Assembly: GCA_965223425.1 (NCBI GenBank)
Contig: OZ245003.1
Span: 32,001 to 96,000, forward strand
Origin: Nitrosopumilus sp.
Lineage (GTDB): Archaea > Thermoproteota > Nitrososphaeria > Nitrososphaerales > Nitrosopumilaceae
Length of the DNA stretch: 64,000 nt
Reading direction: 5' to 3'
Positions 57,367 to 64,000 of the stretch are shown one piece after another. The position numbers were made by a program, and so were the translations under genes. The notes under the pieces are model-generated. The model saw nothing but the letters and a program-made list of their open reading frames with translations, did not search any database and was not told the DNA's origin. Each line of letters begins with the position of its first letter. Within the stretch, counting starts at the first letter, position 1.

Positions 57367-59047
57367 TTGAGTCTTTTAGATAACTTTCCGTCCAATCTAC
57401 AGGTAAGGGGCATTCAAAAAGAAATTCTTGACGGAATACAACAAAAGCTAAAGTCAGGATACAGGAAGATTATACTTTCAGCTCCTACAGGAATAGGCAA
57501 ATCTGCAATTGCTATGACGTTGGCAAAAAGCTATAAAAAATCTTTTGTTGTTACTTCCTCAAAAAATCTTCAAGATCAATATATTGATGATTTTGATATA
57601 TTAGTCCCAGTTAAAGGCAAATCTAATTTTTCATGTTTTAAGGCTATGGAACAGAAAGATATTGATCTGCAAGAATGCGAGGTAGCCATACGTCAAGGTC
57701 TTACTTGTGATAAAGGTGAATGTGAAGAAAAAACTGAAAATGGGAAAAGGCAAAACTGTAAATTTAAACCACGCATACAAGACTTTGAAGCTAAAACATT
57801 TCAAGAGATTATTTGTCCTTACTATGAACAAAAATACTCAGCATTGCTTTCAGATCACTCGGTATGGAATTATCATTCTTATTTCCAGATTGTTAAATAC
57901 AATCTAAGCGTTTATGGGGATTATCTAAATAGAAATATCTCTATTTTTGATGAAGCTCATTCAATAGAACAACAAATTATTCAATTCGTTGGAATTGAAA
58001 TTATTAAAAAACACGTTGATGAATGCGGAATTAGAATCAAGTCATATGATCTGTCTGATATAGAAATGATTACTCAGTTATTACATAATCTGGCGGAATT
58101 TTATGCACGTGAAGTTAAAGAAATTCGAGAAAGCAGAGCTTATCAAGAAAATCCCGATTATAATCGAATTAGGATATTTAGATTATAATTATGAAAGATT
58201 TGCAAGGGCTAGAATTGAGATTGTTTCTGATCCAGAAAATTTCATCATCAATAAGCCAAATTATGAGAAGGGAAAATTCAAATCAATTACGATAAAACCC
58301 CTTGATATTTCGAAATATGTTAAATCGTTTTTTATAACTCCATTTCAAATTTTCATGTCAGCAACGATCGATAAGGACGCTTTTTGCCAAAATATGGGAT
58401 TTTCACCTGATGAAATAGCCATGGTGGATACTCCATGCTCCCCATTTCCTTTAGAAAATCGCAAAGTAGAGTTTCTAAATACCGCCAGACTGTCATATAC
58501 GAGTCCTTTAGTAATTGAGAATAGGCTATGGTTAAAGATTGATGAAATCTTATCCAAGCACAAAAACCAAAGAGGGATAATCCTTACCTCTTCTATCTAC
58601 AGATGTAAAAATATTGTAAAAAATCTCTCTTCAAAAAATAAGAACAGGGTTAGAATTTGTCATGCTAGAAATCCAAACGGAAAAACACAAGACGACATTA
58701 TAAAAGAACACTCTGACTCAGAAGATGGTGTTTTAGTTTCTTCATCACTTTGGCAAGGAGTAGACTTGAAGAATGATCTGTCAAGATTTCAAATTATTGC
58801 AAAGGCCCCGTATCCAAATTATACTGAGAAATGGATTGAATCTAAAATGGAAAGGTATCCGCTTTGGTACACATCACAAACAATCACCAAGATATTGCAA
58901 GGGTTTGGCCGTTCCATAAGAAATAAACAAGATTGGGCCATAACTTATGTTTTAGATTCGGCTGTTGAGCCCTTGCTTAATAATTCAAAGAATTTAGTTC
59001 CTAAATCATATTACGATGTTCTTGGATGGGATGTGTTATCGGAATAA
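57367..59047 (+). pseudogene. DinG/XPD-family Fe-S helicase, frameshifted near 58160
   Basis: APTGIGKS, four Cys, FDEAH in ORF 57367; MSAT, WQGVDL, QGFGRSIR in ORF 58103 (+1 frame). Confidence 0.85.
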
Positions 59048-59326
59048 AATTGGAATCATATCATGTCTTCAAAAATATCTTACCTTCAGTTTATGAAGAA
59101 ATTAAAAATTTATCAAATTAGGATATAAGATCCAAATTTTGACAAAAAATTCCTTGGGGCTTGAAGAGTATTTTGATATTTTGTCTGAATCTATCAAAGT
59201 ACACTACTATACAAATGGAAAATTACTTTTTCAATCAAGCCCAACAAATAAAACATATGTAAAATTGGTTTTTGATATAGATCGAAAATTTTCATTGAAT
59301 TCGCTTGATAAAATAGAATAAAAACC

Positions 59327-59816
59327 AACTATGATTTCATCAGACGTAAAAAATTTTTGTAGATTGTGATGAGACAGGTGCAAGAGCACTGCCCTGCCTG
59401 TGTCTATTGGGATGTTGATGTCCTGTCTGGGCTTCCACAGATCACGCTCAAGATTCAGCTCCACGTCTTTCTGCTTCAGCTCCTTGCCCTTCTGCTCCAG
59501 AGTCTTCTTTAGTTTTTTGTTCTCCTGTTGCAGCCTGCGTATGGTCTGATCAGAGGAATTTGGCGTTTGGTGTGTGGCGTGATCATGTCTGATCTAAACT
59601 TATTGGTGTGGGTTCGGATGGATCATGCATAATCTCTTATGTGTATTTTTTTAAAACTATTTGATCACTCAGATCTAGCGATCATCGTATATCATTATCA
59701 AAGTTATATCAATATGAATGTCATAATGTGGCATGCAACACTTGCCTCTGCACATCAGGCATGAAAAATATGCCAAACCCGAAGAATCGTGATTTATTGA
59801 CGATTAGGTCATAGTT
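59327..59816. mobile_element. Degenerate non-autonomous IS/MITE-like remnant
   Basis: Imperfect inverted ends aactatga..t.atc.....taaa; GC-richer interior with coiled-coil fragment TIRRLQQENKKLK resembling the IS66 transposase N-terminus. Confidence 0.45.
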
Positions 59817-59874
59817 AGTACAAGTCCTCATGAAAGTTTTAAAAATACCAGATCGTCGTAACATATGAGAGGAA

Positions 59875-60567
59875 ATGGCAGAGGAAGTAGAATATCAATC
59901 CATTGACTTGAAAAATTTGCTAGGTAGTACGTTAAATGACATTGAAGAAAAATATGCTCCAGAAACAATTTACTACAAAGGATCAATAGAAATTCCGTTA
60001 CCATGTGCTAGAGTTTCGGTTATTGGTACAAGGGAACCAACAGAAGATGGACTTGAAGCTGCTGAACAAGTTTCAAAGATTCTCATAGAAAACAATGTTG
60101 TTATTGTAAGTGGACTTGCAAAGGGAATTGATACAGTAGGACACAAAACTGCCATGAAGAATGGCGGTAAAACCATTGCAGTTATTGGAACGCCCCTAAA
60201 CAAGACATATCCAACAGAAAATACCGAACTGCAAGAAGAGCTTATGAAGAATCATCTAGTTATTTCTCAATTCCCAGTAGGTCACATTACAACAAAGAAA
60301 GACTTTGTATTCCGAAATCGTACAATGGCATTAATCTCTGATGCTTCCGTAATTGTAGAAGCTGGAGAAGGTAGTGGGACATTATATCAAGGATGGGAAA
60401 CCTTACGATTGGGAAGACCGTTGTTTATTTGCAAATCAGTAGTTCATAATCCAAAATTAGAATGGCCAAAAAAGATGATGAAATATGGTGCAACAGAACT
60501 TGATGATCCTGCAGACATTTTAGAAATTCTTCCATCAAATATTAAAATGCCAGAATTGTTTCAGTGA
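59875..60567 (+). CDS. dprA: DprA/Smf-like (SLOG) protein
   Basis: VSVIGTR, VSGLAKGIDTVGH, FRNRTMA, VEAGEGSGT; lacks SAM and C-terminal wHTH domains. Confidence 0.88.
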   Translation: MAEEVEYQSIDLKNLLGSTLNDIEEKYAPETIYYKGSIEIPLPCARVSVIGTREPTEDGLEAAEQVSKILIENNVVIVSGLAKGIDTVGHKTAMKNGGKTIAVIGTPLNKTYPTENTELQEELMKNHLVISQFPVGHITTKKDFVFRNRTMALISDASVIVEAGEGSGTLYQGWETLRLGRPLFICKSVVHNPKLEWPKKMMKYGATELDDPADILEILPSNIKMPELFQ

Positions 60568-61223
60568 TATTCACAATGGACATATCTGAAATAGAATTTG
60601 GTTCTCTATTGAGTTATTCGGTGCGTGGTACATCGAAAAAAGCTGAAGAATCTAAATCAGCTATGAGAAATCTTAAACAGGATAATGTTTTGAGTTCAGA
60701 AATTTTAACGTCAGAATATGTTGCACAGGCATTGAGAAAAAAGATCAAAGAATATCCATTTGCAGATTTTTTCAATTCTGATACAATTCTTGTACCCATA
60801 CCAAGAAGTTCATTACCAATACTAGGAATGCTTTGGGTATCAGAACGTATTACAACAGCACTAATCAACAACGGGCTAGGCAGATCATCTGAACCATGTT
60901 TAGAACGGGTTAGTGCTGTAGCAAGATCATCTGGCCAAAGAATTGGATTCAGAAGAGCAAGTCCATCAGAACATTATGAATCAATGAGAGTTAGAGAATT
61001 GTTGTTTGAACCTAAAGAAATCGTTGCAGTTGATGATGTTGTTACTAGAGGGTCAACATTTCTAGGAGGAGTAAATAGACTTGCAGAAGCATTTCCCAAT
61101 GCAAAGATCCGTGCATTTGCGGTTATGAGATCAATTTATGATGCAGGTGATTTTTCAGATGTTGTTGATCCTTGTATAGGTAAGATTACTATGTTTAATG
61201 ATATACCACAAAGAAGACCATAG
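60564..61223 (+). CDS. Phosphoribosyltransferase (ComF-like)
   Basis: LVPIPRS and PRPP loop VAVDDVVTRGST; overlaps the DprA stop (GTGA). Confidence 0.85.
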   Translation: MIFTMDISEIEFGSLLSYSVRGTSKKAEESKSAMRNLKQDNVLSSEILTSEYVAQALRKKIKEYPFADFFNSDTILVPIPRSSLPILGMLWVSERITTALINNGLGRSSEPCLERVSAVARSSGQRIGFRRASPSEHYESMRVRELLFEPKEIVAVDDVVTRGSTFLGGVNRLAEAFPNAKIRAFAVMRSIYDAGDFSDVVDPCIGKITMFNDIPQRRP

Positions 61224-61582
61224 ACTTTTCTTGAAGACAGATTTACAGATCCAAATTACAATTCATACAATACCAATTGTCCTTTGGGGGTTTTATCTCT
61301 TATTCTTTTGGGATGTTTGCATTCTCAAACAAGCTCCTTTCTCAAAGAATCCAAAATCAGAACATTTTGATCCAAGTTCCGCAAGTGTTTGAACAAAACT
61401 GAAATTGATCATTGTCAGTTCCACGTCTTTGAAGGATCTACCATTTCGTCTCTTAGCTTAGTGTTCCTTTCAACATAAATCTACCAAAAAACTGCTTTTT
61501 TTGTAACCATCAGGCTCAAAAAACTAAAATAGAAAAAAACAGAACTGGTCAACAAATGCAGTCCTGTAATAGACTGACATGT

Positions 61583-62935
61583 CAGTAGTTCCCAGATGTA
61601 GACTTGTGCCCAGATGCAGGTTTGTGCCCAGATGCCGGTGCGTTACCGCATAACTGCAATGCAAAGATCCAGATTAGGCTATGGTGTGCAAGATGTCATG
61701 AGCAATCAAACACACGACGATCTGATCGCACACCAGTACAACATAACGTCAAACCGGTTTAAAATCCTGCGCTCGTCGTTTCAAAAGCTTGGCATGCCAA
61801 TGTCTGAGAGGCACAACGCCGTATACGGATGCAACGACATACTGGACGTGCCAATCAGGGCGTCTGAGAGAAACACGTTTGTAGAATCCCTCGTACGGCG
61901 CAGCAGGCTTCAAGACACGGGTGCACGTACGCCTGGCGCAGACCTGGTCATGTCTGCAGTCCGTGGCGTCGAACCGGCAGACGTGCAGGCCTGGTGTGCA
62001 AGGACGCTGGCACGCACGGTGCGGCACGCCCGCCATACAGGAATGCTGCAGGACATCGACGCCATTGCAATAGACGTTACGGACATACCATACCATGGGG
62101 AGCAGCTGCAGGAGCATACAAGAAAGTCGCGTCCAAGGGCAGGAACATCCACGTTTCTCTCGTATGTCGCAGTGCACGGAGTCGGCAGGGACTCCTCGCA
62201 GGTTGTCCTGGAATCGAAGCTGCTGCCGGCAAAGGAAAAACTGGCCGATTTTATAGCCAAAACACGCACGAAAATCCTCAGAGGGGGGGCGCACACTCAA
62301 AGACTGTGTTCCTGTACGACCGCGCCTTTTACAGCGTTGACTGCATGACAGAGGCAGGAAAGGGCGGGTGCCGCTACATCATGCCTGTCATCATGAACTC
62401 CAAGATCAAGAGGATAGTCAAGATGTACGAGAATGGAAAGGCAAGCCAGGTATCGCAGCAGTCAATGACCAACAAAGACGGCGTAACTGTGACCTACAAC
62501 CTTGTAATTGTCAAAAGAGACAGGAAGGAGAAGGAGGAGGAGGAGCAATACATTGCGTTTGCAACAAACATTCCCATCAGGAGCGCCAGAGCCATGACAG
62601 ACATCATACCGGAGCAGTACCGCAAGAGATGGGGCATCGAGACGGGGTTTCGCGTCATAAAGGAAATCATGGGCAGGACATGCAGCAACTCCCTGTCTGT
62701 GAGGCTGCTGATGTTTTACCTGCCGCTGCTGTTGCTGTACAACCTGTGGAGGATTGCCAGGTTCTGCCTTGATGCAGGAAAGAGGCACGGAAGAGCGTCT
62801 TCTGCGGGAAAAAAACTCACCATGGCGTTGTTTATCGTGTACATTACAAGCAGAAACGAGTTGTTTGTCAATGATCGAGGCAAGTAGAACCGATGCCAGT
62901 TGCGGTTGCGGTAAATCTACATCTGGGAACTACTG
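61583..62935 (+). mobile_element. ISH3-family element, copy 2 (frameshifted transposase)
   Basis: TIR cagtagttcccagatgtaga at both ends; closely similar to 20921-22286; G7 run at 62283-89 (G5 in copy 1) splits the ORF. Confidence 0.9.
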
Positions 62936-63619
62936 ACATGGAGCCTGCCATAAAATCTGCGCTGTCACTGCCTGACAAAAAGCTTGCAGAGACCAGACAG
63001 ATATCAGACATTCGGGAGCTGGCATGCGCCTTTCCTGGGCTGCACGCAATCATTGACGCATCAGAGCAGCAGATTCAAAGGCCCAAGAACAAGTCCATGA
63101 GAAAAACACACTATTCGGGCAAAAAGAAGACGCATACGGTCAAGACACAGTACGTTGTAAACGCAGACGGCATGATTATGCACAGGACGCCGCACTCGCC
63201 TGGAAGCAGGCATGACTATTCTGTCTTCAAGTCAAAGTGCCCAAAACTTTCAAGAGATCTGAAAATCCTTGTGGATCTTGGATATCAGGGGATACGGAAG
63301 GACTATCCGGAGCTTGACGTGTTGATCCCGTACAAGAAGCCAAGGGGCGGCAAGCTTGATGATGCGCAGAAGGAATTCAACCGGGAGCTGTCCAGAGCAA
63401 GGGTACTGGTGGAGCATGTCATCTCAAGGATCAAGAAATTCGGCATAATGAGGGACAAGTTTAGGAACAGACTGTGCAGGTATGACTGCATCAATGCCAT
63501 AATCTGCGGCCTGATCAACTACAAGCTGAAGACGCGCGATTTTGTTGTGATACCATGACGTAACAAGGAATCAGTTTGGTGAAACGTCAGGTTTTGTTAG
63601 TAATTACAGATCAGGTCTA
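62936..63619 (+). mobile_element. Truncated IS5-family (ISL2-like, DDE_Tnp_4) element; N-terminus removed at the ISH3 junction
   Basis: IDASEQQIQRP, YSGKKKTHTVK, GSRHD, VDLGYQG, RVLVEHVISRIK; CDS ends at 63558; right end estimated near caggtcta. Confidence 0.82.
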
Positions 63620-63657
63620 CTATTAGTACCAGCAAAATGGAAAAATCGTTTCTTTAT

Positions 63658-63921
63658 TCAATTTTGATCTGATGGATGAATATCATTTGTTGGTAAATTA
63701 ATGTAAACTGATTTAAAGAAAACAAATCTTAATTTTATGGGTTTAAAAATAGTTTTTAAAACATCTTCTAAAAAGCCATTATTTGTTTTAGGTATCCATA
63801 CTTCTTCTTTTGTTAACGTATGTTTACAAAATATAGTAGATCCGCCATCAGGATCACGTACATTAAATCCCAAAATTTTTAATGCTCGTGATGTGTCCTT
63901 CGCATTGTATCTTTGATCCAA
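63658..63921 (-). CDS. HicA-like small protein (conserved His apparently absent)
   Basis: ALKILGFNVRDPDGGSTI...VWIP...VLKTIF pattern. Confidence 0.5.
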   Translation of the reverse strand: MDQRYNAKDTSRALKILGFNVRDPDGGSTIFCKHTLTKEEVWIPKTNNGFLEDVLKTIFKPIKLRFVFFKSVYINLPTNDIHPSDQN

Positions 63922-63927
63922 GTTTTA

Positions 63928-64000
63928 TCACTTCAATTGCATTTCTTTCATTGGTGTGTTAAAAATCTCATCACGTTTTTCTGGATAAATTTCTAAATAT
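63928..64000 (-). CDS. C-terminus of upstream ORF, possibly HicB-like (partial)
   Basis: YLEIYPEKRDEIFNTPMKEMQLK-stop, 6 bp before the HicA-like start. Confidence 0.35.
   Translation of the reverse strand, partial: YLEIYPEKRDEIFNTPMKEMQLK

Noticed and set aside
59050-59321. 60-aa ORF after the helicase
   Set aside because: AT-rich with no motif; possibly a decayed gene fragment.

Overview
AT-rich archaeal chromosome segment whose core genes look like Nitrosopumilaceae (ammonia-oxidising Thaumarchaeota). Core genes include the archaeal CoA operon (PoK-PPS-panB-coaBC), fttA/aCPSF1-psmB, egsA, rtcA, bluB, tyrS, cobJ, lysC and pcn-tfs-rpoL, plus two tRNAs: Val-GAC, and Arg-CCT with a D-loop intron. 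The backbone is interrupted by an unusually heavy load of GC-richer IS elements (IS66, three IS630, two ISH3, two IS5-like, an IS110 remnant and a MITE-like remnant) and by four accessory blocks. (i) ~19.9-23.3 kb: an NDT/TIR-like gene and a wHTH gene broken by nested ISs. (ii) 27.4-31.5 kb: a tRNA-Val-integrated mini-element carrying a decayed tyrosine integrase and an IS-interrupted R-S-E ADP-ribosyltransferase. (iii) 35-40 kb, the best candidate for an undescribed system: an AbrB regulator and two amino-DNA methyltransferases converge on a three-gene operon encoding a ferredoxin-type [4Fe-4S] pseudo-nuclease, a putative wHTH DNA-recognition subunit and a [4Fe-4S]-PD-(D/E)xK nuclease. (iv) 56.3-64 kb: a defence-like island with a NERD nuclease, a DinG/XPD helicase, DprA plus PRTase (ShosTA-like) and HicAB-like genes. 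All family calls come from motif recognition by eye; no database searches were run.
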